Shown piece after piece: positions 32,257 to 42,610 of a stretch of 64,000 bases of DNA. A program made the translations under genes and the position numbers. The DNA lies in NCBI GenBank assembly GCA_965203055.1, contig OZ241863.1, positions 3,168,001-3,232,000 on the forward strand. The letters are read 5' to 3'. A model generated the notes under the pieces. The model was not told the origin of the DNA. It searched no databases and worked only from the letters and a program-made list of their open reading frames with translations. Source of the DNA: Spirochaetia bacterium. Its GTDB lineage: Bacteria; Spirochaetota; Spirochaetia; SZUA-6; Bin103. Position 1 is the first letter of the stretch. Every line of letters starts with the position of its first letter.

Positions 32257-33655
32257 GCTGCTGGAAGCTGAGACGATACGGCAGACCGGCATGGGAGAGA
32301 TCGTTCATGGCGACAGTGTCAACGTACTTGCTGCCTACTCGGATGACTCGGTCGACTTGATCATGACCAGCCCGCCGTTCGGGCTGGTGCGTAAGAAGGA
32401 CTATGGCAACGTCGATGCGGACGAATACGTGGACTGGTTCAAGCCGTTCGCCAAGGCGTTCCATCGAGTTCTGAAGAACAGCGGCAGCCTGGTAATCGAC
32501 ATCGGCGGAGCCTGGAACAAGGGCTACCCCACTCGCAGCCTCTATCACTTCAAGCTCCTCATCATGTTGTGCGAGGAGTTCGGGTTTCACTTGGCACAGG
32601 AGTTCTATTGGTGGAACCCATCCCGGCTGCCGACCCCCGCGGAGTGGGTAACCGTGCGCCGGGTGCGCGTGAAGGATGCCGTCAATACCGTGTGGTGGCT
32701 GTCGAAGACGCCGTGGCCGAAAGCCGGCAACCGGCGTGTGCTGCAACCATACAGCGCCAGTATGCAGGAGCTGTTGGCCAAGGGCTATCGCGCCAAGAGG
32801 CGGCCTTCGGGGCACGAAATAAGCGCAAAATTCAACGTGAACAACGGCGCGGCTATTCCACCCAACCTCATCGCGATACCCAACACCGAGAGTAACAGCT
32901 TCTATCTGCGCTACTGTGAGGAGAACGGCTTCAAGCCGCATCCGGCGCGGTACCCGGCCGAGCTGCCGGAGTATTTCATCCGCATGCTGACCGAGCCCGG
33001 CGACTTGGTGGTGGATCCGTTCGCCGGGAGTTGCGTCACGGGAGAGGTCTGCGAACGTACCGAGCGGCGCTGGGTCTGCATCGAGCTGGTGCGGGACTAC
33101 TGCGAGGCGGCGCTTGGCCGTTTCGTCCGCGATCCGCGCGCGTCCGCCAAGGCAGTCGCGGATCCCGACAATCCGTCCAACTACTACCGGCTCGCGCGTC
33201 CGGGTATCTTGTGGCAGGCGCGTGACGGCGCGCCGCTCGCGGCGGACGGCGGCCGGAAGCGCGACCCTGCGCCGCAGAACGCGCCGCCGTCAGTGCCTCC
33301 TGCGAGCGAACGCCAACTCATGCTCCGCGCCGAATCGGGTGAGATGCTGGAACGGGGCCCGGCGCTGGTCCCCGGCTGGTTGGTGGGTCGTTGGCGCAGC
33401 GAGGATGGCCCTAGCTTGTGTGCTGAACAACACCGTATCACGATGCATGCCGCCGAGCCGGTGGCAAGTCAGGCCATCTTCGACTGCCGCCTGGATTATC
33501 GGTCGCCAAGCGTACGTGAGCAGCGCTGGGATTCCAGTTACCGCATCGACAACGGTCGATCCTTGCATGCGACGGTGCTGTCATCAGACCGTATCAGAGT
33601 GATTCTTGACGACCACGAATGGGAGTTGACCCGCCAGCTCTCATTGCCAATGTAG
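32243..33655 (+). CDS. Beta-class N4-cytosine (N6/N4) DNA methyltransferase with C-terminal extension
   Basis: Motif IV TSPPF precedes HPARYP and motif I DPFAGS; SD AAGGAG. Confidence 0.9.
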   Translation: MAQRELLEAETIRQTGMGEIVHGDSVNVLAAYSDDSVDLIMTSPPFGLVRKKDYGNVDADEYVDWFKPFAKAFHRVLKNSGSLVIDIGGAWNKGYPTRSLYHFKLLIMLCEEFGFHLAQEFYWWNPSRLPTPAEWVTVRRVRVKDAVNTVWWLSKTPWPKAGNRRVLQPYSASMQELLAKGYRAKRRPSGHEISAKFNVNNGAAIPPNLIAIPNTESNSFYLRYCEENGFKPHPARYPAELPEYFIRMLTEPGDLVVDPFAGSCVTGEVCERTERRWVCIELVRDYCEAALGRFVRDPRASAKAVADPDNPSNYYRLARPGILWQARDGAPLAADGGRKRDPAPQNAPPSVPPASERQLMLRAESGEMLERGPALVPGWLVGRWRSEDGPSLCAEQHRITMHAAEPVASQAIFDCRLDYRSPSVREQRWDSSYRIDNGRSLHATVLSSDRIRVILDDHEWELTRQLSLPM

Positions 33656-34258
33656 GAAGGCGAAGACGACGACGCCGGTGACGGATACGTAGAGCCAGAT
33701 CGGGAGCGTTACGCGGGCGATCCGCCGGTGGCTGGGATGGCGCGTCCAGCCGCGGCGCAGCGTGACCAACGCCAGCGGCACCATCGGCACCGCCAGGACG
33801 ACGTGGCTGATCAGAATGGCGTAGTAGAGCGCCGGCGCCGGTCCCGCGTAGGTCTGCGGTCCCGTGCCGTAGGCGTGATAGATGAGATACCCGGCGAGAA
33901 ACAGCGTGGAGGCGGCGAACGCGCACAGCACCAGGGCGCGATGAACGGTCACCGCCCGCCGGCGAATGGCGAGGAAGGCGCTCACCAGGAGCACCGCCGC
34001 GGCGCCGTTCCACGCCGTGTTCACCGCCGGCAACCCCGACACGTCGAGGTCGGACTCTTGCCGGGGACCGAGCACCACGAACGCAATCGCGGCAACCGCA
34101 ACGACGCTGAAGATCCCGATCACGGTGAACCAGAACCGATCGCGCGCGCCCGGCGCCGTCACCGGTACCTGGTCCGAGCGCGGTTGGGCGATGGTCTCCG
34201 GGAGATCTTCCTGCGCGGCCATGGTCAACGGCGGCGGTATGGCAGGGCGGCGGGTCAC
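33641..34258 (-). CDS. DUF420 family membrane protein
   Basis: LPAVN, YYAILISH, HRRIAR.TLPIWLYVSVTG. Confidence 0.85.
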   Translation of the reverse strand: MTRRPAIPPPLTMAAQEDLPETIAQPRSDQVPVTAPGARDRFWFTVIGIFSVVAVAAIAFVVLGPRQESDLDVSGLPAVNTAWNGAAAVLLVSAFLAIRRRAVTVHRALVLCAFAASTLFLAGYLIYHAYGTGPQTYAGPAPALYYAILISHVVLAVPMVPLALVTLRRGWTRHPSHRRIARVTLPIWLYVSVTGVVVFAFLHWQ

Positions 34259-36048
34259 GGTTCGGCGGGGGCGCTGACTTGCAGGCGCAGCTCGCGGAGC
34301 TGTTGCTCGTCCAGCGGGGCGGGGGAGGCGTCCATCGGTGACGCGGCCCAGGTGTTCTTGGGGAAGGCCAGCACGTCGCGGATGGTGGACTCGCCGGCCA
34401 TCAGCATCACCGTGCGGTCGAAGCCGATGGCGGCGCCGCCGTGCGGAGGCGCGCCGTAGCGGAACGCGTCCAACATGAATCCGAAGCGCTGCTCGGCCTC
34501 CGCTTCGGAAACTCCCAGAATCGCGAATACCCGCCGCTGCAGCGCCGGGTCGTGGATGCGGATGGAGCCGCTGGCCAGCTCGACGCCGTTGATCACCGCG
34601 TCGTACAGCTCGCCGCGCACCGCCCCCGGATCCGCTTCGAGGCCGTCGCGGAACCGGGCCTGGGGCATGGAGAACATGTGGTGCTCGGCGTCCCAGCGCC
34701 GCTCCTCCTCGTTCCAGGCGAACAGCGGGAAGTCGGTCACGAAACAGGGACGGAAGTCATCCTCCGCGGCCAGTCCTTCGCGCCGCGCCAGTTCGGCGCG
34801 CACCGCCCCCAGCGCCGTGCAGGCGGTGCGCCAGGGGGCGGCCACCAGCAGCAGCAGGTCGCCCGCGGCCGCGCCCAGGCGGCGGCAAATCTCCTCTTGC
34901 TGCGCTTGGTAGAAGCGCGCCACGCCGCCCTCCAAACCGCCGGCCGCGCACTTCATCCACGCCAGCCCGGCGGCGCCGTGGGTCTTGGCATGGCCCTCCA
35001 GCTCCTCGATCCGGCGCCGCGAGTAACCGGCCAGCCCCGGCGCGCGCAACGCCTTGACCGCGGCGCCGCGCTCGACCGCCTGCCGGAACACCCCGAATTG
35101 GCCGCCGCGCGCAAGCTCCGTGAAGTCCTGCAGCTCCAGCGTGTAACGCAGGTCGGGCCGGTCCGACCCGTAGCGGTTCAGCGCGTCATGGAAGGCGATG
35201 CGGGGGAACGGCAGCGGCAGTTGGTAGCCGATCCCCTCCCGGAAGGCCGCGGCGAACGCCGCCTCCAGTACCGCCAGCACCTCCTCCTGGTCCACGAAGC
35301 TCATCTCGAAGTCGAGCTGGGTGAACTCCGGCTGGCGGTCGCCGCGCGCGTCCTCGTCGCGGTAGCAGCGCGCCAACTGGTAGTAGCGGTCGCATCCCGA
35401 CAACATCAGGAGCTGCTTGAGGATCTGGGGCGATTGCGGCAAGGCGTAGAAGCTGCCCGGCTTGAGGCGCGACGGCACCACGAAGTCGCGCGCCCCTTCG
35501 GGCGTGGAGCGCATCAGGGTAGGGGTCTCGATCTCCAGGAAGTCACGCTCGTTGAGAGCCGCGCGCAGCGCCTGGGCGGCGCGGTGGCGCAGCGCCAGGT
35601 TGCGCTGCATGGCGGCGGAGCGCAGGTCGAGGTAACGGTGCTTGAGGCGCAGCTCCTCACGCGCGTCGCTGTGCGCGCCGGGCTGGTCGGCGATCATGAA
35701 CGGCAGGGTGGCGCAGCGGCTCAACACCTGCAGCCGCTCGCCGCTGACCTCGACTTCCCCCGTGGCCAGGTCGCGGTTCACCATCGCCGGCGGCCGGCGG
35801 CGCACGGTGCCGCGTACGGCGATGCAGTATTCCAGCTTCAGGCCGCGCACCGCGGCGGCGAGCGGCGCGGCGGCGGGCGCGCTGACGTCGAACACCACCT
35901 GGGTCACGCCGTAGCGGTCGCGCAGGTCGACGAAGGTAATGCCGCCGTGGTCGCGGAGCCGCGCCACCCAGCCGTTGAGCGTCACCTGTTCTCCCGCCGC
36001 GGCCGCGCCGAGTTGGCCGCAGGTCGCGGTACGCTTCAGCTCGTGCAT
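34255..36048 (-). CDS. aspS: Aspartate--tRNA ligase (probably non-discriminating Asp/Asn)
   Basis: RDHGG..FVDLRD, STPEGARDF, RQPEFTQLD, GSIRIH, GAPPHGG. Confidence 0.97.
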   Translation of the reverse strand: MHELKRTATCGQLGAAAAGEQVTLNGWVARLRDHGGITFVDLRDRYGVTQVVFDVSAPAAAPLAAAVRGLKLEYCIAVRGTVRRRPPAMVNRDLATGEVEVSGERLQVLSRCATLPFMIADQPGAHSDAREELRLKHRYLDLRSAAMQRNLALRHRAAQALRAALNERDFLEIETPTLMRSTPEGARDFVVPSRLKPGSFYALPQSPQILKQLLMLSGCDRYYQLARCYRDEDARGDRQPEFTQLDFEMSFVDQEEVLAVLEAAFAAAFREGIGYQLPLPFPRIAFHDALNRYGSDRPDLRYTLELQDFTELARGGQFGVFRQAVERGAAVKALRAPGLAGYSRRRIEELEGHAKTHGAAGLAWMKCAAGGLEGGVARFYQAQQEEICRRLGAAAGDLLLLVAAPWRTACTALGAVRAELARREGLAAEDDFRPCFVTDFPLFAWNEEERRWDAEHHMFSMPQARFRDGLEADPGAVRGELYDAVINGVELASGSIRIHDPALQRRVFAILGVSEAEAEQRFGFMLDAFRYGAPPHGGAAIGFDRTVMLMAGESTIRDVLAFPKNTWAASPMDASPAPLDEQQLRELRLQVSAPAEP

Positions 36049-36145
36049 GCGCAAACTATAGCCCGGCCCGGAGCGGGTGTCAGGAGCCCGGCGCGGCGCG
36101 GCGCGGCGTTGGGCACCGGCCGGTGATCCTGGTATGGTGCGCGGC

Positions 36146-38302
36146 ATGGCCGACCCCGCCCCCGCCCCGGCCGCCAACCGCGCCGAGGCGTTCATCGCCC
36201 GCCGGCGCGCCGCCGGCCAGCGCCCGAACCGCCTGCTCCGCGAAGGCAGTCCCTACCTGCTGCAGCACGCCTTCAACCCCGTCGACTGGTATCCGTGGGG
36301 CGACGAGGCGTTCGCCGCCGCGGCCGCCGCGGACAAGCCGCTGTTCGTCTCCATCGGCTACTCCACCTGCCACTGGTGCCACGTCATGGAGCACCAGTCG
36401 TTCGAGGACGCGGCCATCGCCGCGGTCATGAACGAGCATTTCGTGAACGTCAAGATCGACCGCGAGGAACGGCCCGACGTGGACCGCATCTACATGAGCG
36501 TCGTGCAGGCGGTGACCGGCTCGGGCGGCTGGCCGATGTCGGTGTTCCTCACGCCGCAGCGGCGTCCGTTCTACGCCGGCACCTACTTTCCGCCGCGCTC
36601 GGCCTACGGGCGGCCTGGATTTCAGGAGTTGCTGTTGTTCCTGGCCCGCCACTGGCGGGAGCGGCGCGCCGAGGTGGAAGCGACCGCCGCCCGCATCACC
36701 GGCGCGGTGCGGCAGGCGGCGGGAGCCGCGGTCGGCGCGCCGGCCGGTCCGCCGGCGGCGCCGGACGGCCCCGATCTCCTGGCCGCGGTGACCGCCGGGC
36801 TGGCGTCCTCCTTCGATGCCGAGTACGGCGGCTTCGGCGCCGCGCCGAAGTTTCCGCGCCCGGCGGCGTTCACCGCGCTGTTCCAACACTACCGGCGCAC
36901 CGGGAGCGAACAGCCGTTGGAGATGGCGCTGGCAACGCTCCGGCAGATGGCGCGCGGCGGCCTGTACGATCATCTGGGCGGCGGGTTCCATCGCTACAGC
37001 GTGGACCGCTACTGGCGCGTCCCCCACTTCGAGAAGATGCTCTACGATCAGGCGCAGCTCGCCGGCGCCTACACCGCCGCCTGCCAGCTCACCGGCGACC
37101 ACCGCCACGGGGAGGTCGCGGCCGCCACCCTCGACTACCTGCTGCGCGATCTGCAGGCGCCGGAGGGCGGTTTCTATTCCGCCGAGGACGCCGATTCGGC
37201 CCGCGACCCGCAGCGCCCGGAGGAGAAGGTCGAGGGGGCGTTCTACCTGTGGACCATCGACCAGGCGCGCGCCGCGTTCCGGGCGGCGGGCGCCGCCGGA
37301 GCGGACGAGTTGATCGCCGCCTATGGTCTGACTGCCGCGGGCAATACCATCTCCGACCCGCACGGCGAGTTCGGCCGCGGCAACGTGTTGTACCGCGCGC
37401 GCGGCGACGGACCGCTGCCGCAGCCCTGGCGGGAGGCCCTGGCCGCGGCCCGCGCCCGGCGCGCGCGGCCGCTGCTGGACGACAAGGTCATCACCGCCTG
37501 GAACGGTCTGGCGATTGCGGCGCTGGCCGCCGCCGGGCGGGTCCTGCAACGGGACGACTTCGTTGCCGCGGCGGCGCGCGCCGCCTCCTTCGCGCGCCGG
37601 GAGCTGCTGCGGGACGGGCGGCTGCTGCGCCGGTACCGCGCCGGGGAGGCGCGCCACGCCGCCGGGCTGGCCGACTACGCCTACCTGATCGACGGTCTGC
37701 AGGAGCTGTACCAGAGCACCGGCCAGGTGTGGCCGCTGGAGCTGGCCGGCCAGCTCGCCGATACCATCCCGGAGCTGTTCACTGCCCCGGACGGGGCGCT
37801 CTACGACACCCCCGGCGGCCAGCCTGACCTGATCGTCCGCACCCGCGAGTTGTACGACTCCGCCGAACCGTCGGGGACCGCGGCCGCGGTGCTCGGCCTG
37901 TTGCGCCTCGGCCGCCTGACGGGGCGCAGCGATTGGGAGACTGCGGCGCGGCGCGCGCTGGCCGCGGTCGCCGGAGCGGCGGCCGCTCAGCCGGCGGCGA
38001 TGCCGCTGCTGGCGGTGGCCGCGGACTTGGCGGCCCGCCCGCCGGTCGAGGTGGTGCTGGCCGGCGACTGGGAGCAGACCGCGCCGCTGCGCCGCGAGCT
38101 GGCCCGCCACTACCTGCCGGAGGCGGTGGTGGTGCATCTGCACCCCGCCGCCGCCCGCTGGTGGCAGCAGCGCCACCCGGCGGTGGCCGCGATGGTGGGG
38201 GACGGTCCCGGCGCGCGCGCCTACGTGTGCCGCAACTTCACCTGCGATCTGCCGGTGAGCACCCCGGCGGCGCTCGCCCGCCAACTCCTGCAGGCCGCGT
38301 AG
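36146..38302 (+). CDS. Thioredoxin-domain protein YyaL/SSP411 (DUF255)
   Basis: [39 protein letters not shown]. Confidence 0.92.
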   Translation: MADPAPAPAANRAEAFIARRRAAGQRPNRLLREGSPYLLQHAFNPVDWYPWGDEAFAAAAAADKPLFVSIGYSTCHWCHVMEHQSFEDAAIAAVMNEHFVNVKIDREERPDVDRIYMSVVQAVTGSGGWPMSVFLTPQRRPFYAGTYFPPRSAYGRPGFQELLLFLARHWRERRAEVEATAARITGAVRQAAGAAVGAPAGPPAAPDGPDLLAAVTAGLASSFDAEYGGFGAAPKFPRPAAFTALFQHYRRTGSEQPLEMALATLRQMARGGLYDHLGGGFHRYSVDRYWRVPHFEKMLYDQAQLAGAYTAACQLTGDHRHGEVAAATLDYLLRDLQAPEGGFYSAEDADSARDPQRPEEKVEGAFYLWTIDQARAAFRAAGAAGADELIAAYGLTAAGNTISDPHGEFGRGNVLYRARGDGPLPQPWREALAAARARRARPLLDDKVITAWNGLAIAALAAAGRVLQRDDFVAAAARAASFARRELLRDGRLLRRYRAGEARHAAGLADYAYLIDGLQELYQSTGQVWPLELAGQLADTIPELFTAPDGALYDTPGGQPDLIVRTRELYDSAEPSGTAAAVLGLLRLGRLTGRSDWETAARRALAAVAGAAAAQPAAMPLLAVAADLAARPPVEVVLAGDWEQTAPLRRELARHYLPEAVVVHLHPAAARWWQQRHPAVAAMVGDGPGARAYVCRNFTCDLPVSTPAALARQLLQAA

Positions 38303-38399
38303 GCCGCCTCATCCGGCGCGCCCGTTGCGCCGGCGCCGGCGGCGGGGCGCGCGGGCGGCTGCGCGGCGCGCCACGCAGGCCGGCGGGCGGAGCCGCGGT

Positions 38400-39110
38400 T
38401 TACAGCAGGTGTCCCAGGCGGGTGCGCTTGGTGGCCAAGTAGCGGCCGTTGACGCGGTTGGCGGGAACCACGACCGGGATGCGGCCGCTGACGACAATGC
38501 CCTCCTGCCGCAGCCCGGCGATCTTGGCCGGGTTGTTGGTCAGCAGGCGCACCGAGGTGATGCCGAGCAATTCGATGATGCGCGCCGCCACCCGGTAGTC
38601 GCGGGCGTCCGCCGGAAAGCCGAGCTGCTCGTTGGCGGCCACGGTGTCCAGCCCCTGATCCTGTAGCTGATAGGCGCGAATCTTGTTCAGCAGGCCGATG
38701 CCGCGGCCTTCCTGCCGCAGGTAGACCACCGCGCCGCGGTCCCGGGCGCCGATGAAGCGCAGCGATTCCTCCAGTTGCTCGCGGCAATCGCAGCGCAGCG
38801 AGCCGAGGATGTCGCCGGTGTGGCACTCGGAGTGCACCCGCACCGGACAGTCGGCGGCGCCGCGCACCTCGCCGCGCACCACCGCGGTAAGCTCGCTGCC
38901 GGTTGCCCGGTCTTCGAAGCCGAGCAAGGTGAACTCCCCGAACAGGGTTGGGAACGCCGCCTGCGCCACTTGCCGCACGCCGCCTCCCGAGGCGGCGGCG
39001 CGGCCCACTTCGCCGTCGCCAGCGCCCGGCCGCGGCACTCCGGCGGCCGCCGGCGCCGCCTGTCCGGCCCCGCCGGCGGAACCGTCTGCCCTGTCGCGCC
39101 TCGCTGTCAT
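38400..39110 (-). CDS. ribA: GTP cyclohydrolase II
   Basis: RVHSECHTGD, RCDC, QEGRGIGL, TNNPAK. Confidence 0.95.
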   Translation of the reverse strand: MTARRDRADGSAGGAGQAAPAAAGVPRPGAGDGEVGRAAASGGGVRQVAQAAFPTLFGEFTLLGFEDRATGSELTAVVRGEVRGAADCPVRVHSECHTGDILGSLRCDCREQLEESLRFIGARDRGAVVYLRQEGRGIGLLNKIRAYQLQDQGLDTVAANEQLGFPADARDYRVAARIIELLGITSVRLLTNNPAKIAGLRQEGIVVSGRIPVVVPANRVNGRYLATKRTRLGHLL

Positions 39111-39129
39111 GCGTCGGGTTGGCGCGGAG

Positions 39130-41319
39130 CTACACCGTGCCGGAATCGGCCGCCGCCGCGGCCGGCGGGGGCGTCGGCCGGCGGGCGCCGAACAGGCGGT
39201 AGCGCAGCAGGCGCCAGTACGCCGCGCGGATGAAGCGCAGGTCGCGCGCGCTGGCCCGGCGCCCGCCGTACACGGCCTGCGCCACCAGGGTGGTGAACCG
39301 CTCCACCAGGCGGCGCGCGCCGGGCGCGCGCCGCGCGCTGCGCGCGCGGTACGCCTCCCGCCAGGCCACCCAGCCGGTACGGCGCGGATCGGGCACCCCC
39401 AGCGTACGCCCCAGCAGCACGTAGCGTTGCGACAGGCGGATCAGCGGGCGCAGTTCACGGGCCACGGCCGGCGCCCGCAGGCGGCGGATCAGCCGCCACC
39501 CGAGCAGCGCCAGTACCAGCGCGCCGGCAACAGCGCCGCCGATCTGCCACGGTGACCAGGCCTGCGCGCCGGCCAGCGCGCCTGCTTCCTCCGGGAGCGG
39601 CAGGTCCAGTTCGCGGTCGCCGAGGATCGACTGCACCTGGCGCAGGGTCTGGTAGTCCATCTCCATGTCGAACCCGTACATCGCCAGCAGCTCCTCCTCG
39701 TCGAAGAAGTTGCTGTAGGCGCTCGGACTCACTGCCGGAGTCGCCTCCCAGCGGGTCCAGCCGGCCTCCTCCAGCCACACTTCCGGCCAGCTATGGGCGG
39801 CGAGTCCGGTGACGTCGGTCTCGTTCTTGCCGGCCGGAAAGTTTACCAGGAAGCCGGTGTTGTAACGCGCCGGATAGCCGTTCAGCCGCGCCATGGTGGT
39901 GAACGCGGTCGCGAAGTGCACGCAGTAACCCTTCTTCTCCTCGAACAGGAACTTGTCCAGAAAGTTTTCCGAGCGGCGCAGGTTGTCCACGTTGAGGGAG
40001 TAGGTGCAGGTGTCGGCCAGATAGTTGGCGATGCCGTCCAGGTGTTCGCGCGGCGCCCCCGCCGGCTGCTCGAAGCTGGCCGCGATCTCCCGCACCTCGC
40101 GGCTGATGAAGCGGGACGGCGGCAACTGCAGGTAGCGCCGCCGCTCATCCTCGGTCAATGCGGTAGCCGCTTCGCCGCCCCGCTCGATGAACAACACGTC
40201 CCCTGCCACCAGCGGCTCGACGAGTTGGAAGCCGCGGTGGAAGTGGCCGTTGTCCAGCGCCGGCACGTTGCGCCCGAAGCGGAACACGCTGGCGTCCAGG
40301 GTGTAGGGCAGCTTGTTGTAGAAGTCGATCAGCAATTCCACACGGACCGCCGGCGTGCGCCGCCGCGGGCGCCCGCGCAGCAGGATCGATTCCGGTTCGG
40401 CGATGCTGTGCTCCGGTTTGAAGGTGGTCTTCCAGTTCCTGCCGTCGTAGTGGTCGAACACGTCGGTCTTCAGGTAGAGGGGGCCGTCCACGTCGGCCGT
40501 GATGCGGAAGATCGGCAGCGGCGAAAGCACCGGCGAGCCGCCGAGGGAGCGTTCCTGGAACGAGTAGCCGTAGCCGGGAATGCCGTACAGCAGCGGGAAC
40601 TGGGGCAGCGTGTTGGATACGTATTGGCGCAGTTGCGGGTGCAGGGTGACGTCGATGAACCGGCTGCCGGTAGCGGCGCGGCTGCCCGACAGCACCGCGG
40701 CGCACAGCAGCACCGCGGCGAACAGCCCGCCCGCGTACAGCGCGCGCCGCAGCCGGTAGGTGCCCTCGCGGCCGCGGAACAGCAGATAGCAGACGCACGC
40801 GAAGCCGGTCGCCAGCGTGAGCAGGTAGAGGGGCGTGACTTGCAGGATCACCGCGGCCAGCGCGGACACGAACGCGGCCGACAGCAGCAGCGGCCAGACG
40901 TGGCCCATGCTGATGAAGGTGGCCCCCAGGGTAGTGGAGAAGAACGCCGCCAGCAGGGTGAACAGATTGGACACCGTGCCGGTGCCGGTGCCCTCGGCCA
41001 TCGCTTCGAACCACAGCTTGTAGGCGGAGAAGGGGGTGATGATGATGCCGATCAACACCGACGTGCCGAACGCCGCGGTCGCCAGCAGGGAAAGCGTGCT
41101 CAGCACCACCCGGGCCGGGCCCCGCGCCAGCGCGCGGCTGACGTGCAGCAGCGTCATCGGGAGCACTACCGCCAGCAGCAGATACTGCGCCAGCGATGAC
41201 CGCGTGTAGGTCCAGAACAGCAGCGGGATTCCCACCCCGTAGACCAGTGCCAGCAGCGCCTTGATCCGCACCGCGGCGGGCAGCCGCGTCGCCTTCGTCC
41301 TCCACTCAACCTTCTTCAT
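39130..41319 (-). CDS. Membrane-anchored transglutaminase-domain protein (TgpA-like)
   Basis: N-terminal TM segments; GYCVHFA, HSWPEVW, WEATP. Third gene of the MoxR-DUF58-TGase operon. Confidence 0.85.
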   Translation of the reverse strand: MKKVEWRTKATRLPAAVRIKALLALVYGVGIPLLFWTYTRSSLAQYLLLAVVLPMTLLHVSRALARGPARVVLSTLSLLATAAFGTSVLIGIIITPFSAYKLWFEAMAEGTGTGTVSNLFTLLAAFFSTTLGATFISMGHVWPLLLSAAFVSALAAVILQVTPLYLLTLATGFACVCYLLFRGREGTYRLRRALYAGGLFAAVLLCAAVLSGSRAATGSRFIDVTLHPQLRQYVSNTLPQFPLLYGIPGYGYSFQERSLGGSPVLSPLPIFRITADVDGPLYLKTDVFDHYDGRNWKTTFKPEHSIAEPESILLRGRPRRRTPAVRVELLIDFYNKLPYTLDASVFRFGRNVPALDNGHFHRGFQLVEPLVAGDVLFIERGGEAATALTEDERRRYLQLPPSRFISREVREIAASFEQPAGAPREHLDGIANYLADTCTYSLNVDNLRRSENFLDKFLFEEKKGYCVHFATAFTTMARLNGYPARYNTGFLVNFPAGKNETDVTGLAAHSWPEVWLEEAGWTRWEATPAVSPSAYSNFFDEEELLAMYGFDMEMDYQTLRQVQSILGDRELDLPLPEEAGALAGAQAWSPWQIGGAVAGALVLALLGWRLIRRLRAPAVARELRPLIRLSQRYVLLGRTLGVPDPRRTGWVAWREAYRARSARRAPGARRLVERFTTLVAQAVYGGRRASARDLRFIRAAYWRLLRYRLFGARRPTPPPAAAAADSGTV

Positions 41320-42610
41320 GGTGCGCCTCCAGATCGGCGACGATCGAGCCTGCGCTGCGCAGCGTGACCACGCGCGTGCCCTGTTCGCGCAGGCGGCTGA
41401 AGTAGGCGGCATGAGCATCGCCGGCCCCGGCAGTCTGGTTGTAGATCAAGGTCACCTGAAAGTTGCTGGCGCGCTGCTCTTCGAGCAGCAGCAGGATCTC
41501 GGGATCGAGCAGGTGAGTGATGAAGAACATCGAGTTCACCTCGGTGTTCATGCCGGTCTCGAGATGGGTCTCGTAGAGGCGCGCGGCCGAGATGTCGCTC
41601 ACGAACAACAGCTCGAAGGTGGACTCGTAGAAGCGGGCGAAGTCGGAGCTGTGATCGCCGATGAACTCGTACGGCGCGCGGCTCGCGGCGCGTACCGTGA
41701 CCGGCAGGTTGCGCTGCAGGAAGTGGTTGACCAGCGCCACCAGGGCTTCCACCGTCACGTCTTCGGTCAGCAGCACGTCAGGGGCGGCGCGCGGCACCGG
41801 GCGCAGATCGACGTAGATGCTCACCGCCGGCTCGCTGGTCGAGTCGTAATCCTTGACCACCGGCACCCCGGTGCTGGCGAACTTCTTCCACGCCAGGTGG
41901 CGCACCGACTCGCCGGGGCGGTACTCGCGCAGCTGGTTGAACAGCGAGTAGTCGGGCAGGGTGCCGAGCGAGCCCACCTCGGAGGTGCCCAGGCGGCGTT
42001 CCGAGCCGGGTTGGAAGCTGCCGATGGGGAGGATGCGCGGGTAGACCCGGAACTCCCGCACCTTGACGCGCGGGCGCACCGTGAAGAGCTGCAAGGTGTC
42101 GCTCAGCTCGATGCGGTCCAGGCCCACGGTGTAGATGCCGCGGTAGGGGAGCTGCACGGTCTGTTCCCGTTCCACGTACTGATGGCCGGGCAGGTAGGTG
42201 AGCAGGCCCTGCGCGGCCCCGGCGCCGGTCCGGCCGCCGGCCCCGTCATCCGCGGTCGGACGAATGGCGCGGAACAGCGCCCGCACCCGCGGCAGCGGCA
42301 GGGCGGAGCCGTTTTCGATGATGCAGCGGTACAGCAGCTCCTGCCCCTTGACCGGCTGCTCGTTGCTGAAGTGCTGGCTGTAGCGCAGCCCGGCGGCGGC
42401 GATCACCAGGAGCAGCAGGGAGACGATGGGCAGCAGAATGAATACGGTGGCGAACACCGCAAAGAAGGTTCCCAGATAGGCCGCCGCCAGATAGGCGACG
42501 ACGATGGCGAACAGGTACACCCCGCAGGCGCGCAGCCGCAACGTGAAGGGAAACTGCGCTGCGAGGCGCGCCCCCCACTGAACCGGCGCCGCGGCCAGGC
42601 GGTTGCTCAC
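41306..42610 (-). CDS. DUF58 domain protein
   Basis: RGIY, VYPR, LREYRPGE..RHLAWK. Overlaps both neighbours. Confidence 0.85.
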   Translation of the reverse strand: MSNRLAAAPVQWGARLAAQFPFTLRLRACGVYLFAIVVAYLAAAYLGTFFAVFATVFILLPIVSLLLLVIAAAGLRYSQHFSNEQPVKGQELLYRCIIENGSALPLPRVRALFRAIRPTADDGAGGRTGAGAAQGLLTYLPGHQYVEREQTVQLPYRGIYTVGLDRIELSDTLQLFTVRPRVKVREFRVYPRILPIGSFQPGSERRLGTSEVGSLGTLPDYSLFNQLREYRPGESVRHLAWKKFASTGVPVVKDYDSTSEPAVSIYVDLRPVPRAAPDVLLTEDVTVEALVALVNHFLQRNLPVTVRAASRAPYEFIGDHSSDFARFYESTFELLFVSDISAARLYETHLETGMNTEVNSMFFITHLLDPEILLLLEEQRASNFQVTLIYNQTAGAGDAHAAYFSRLREQGTRVVTLRSAGSIVADLEAHHEEG

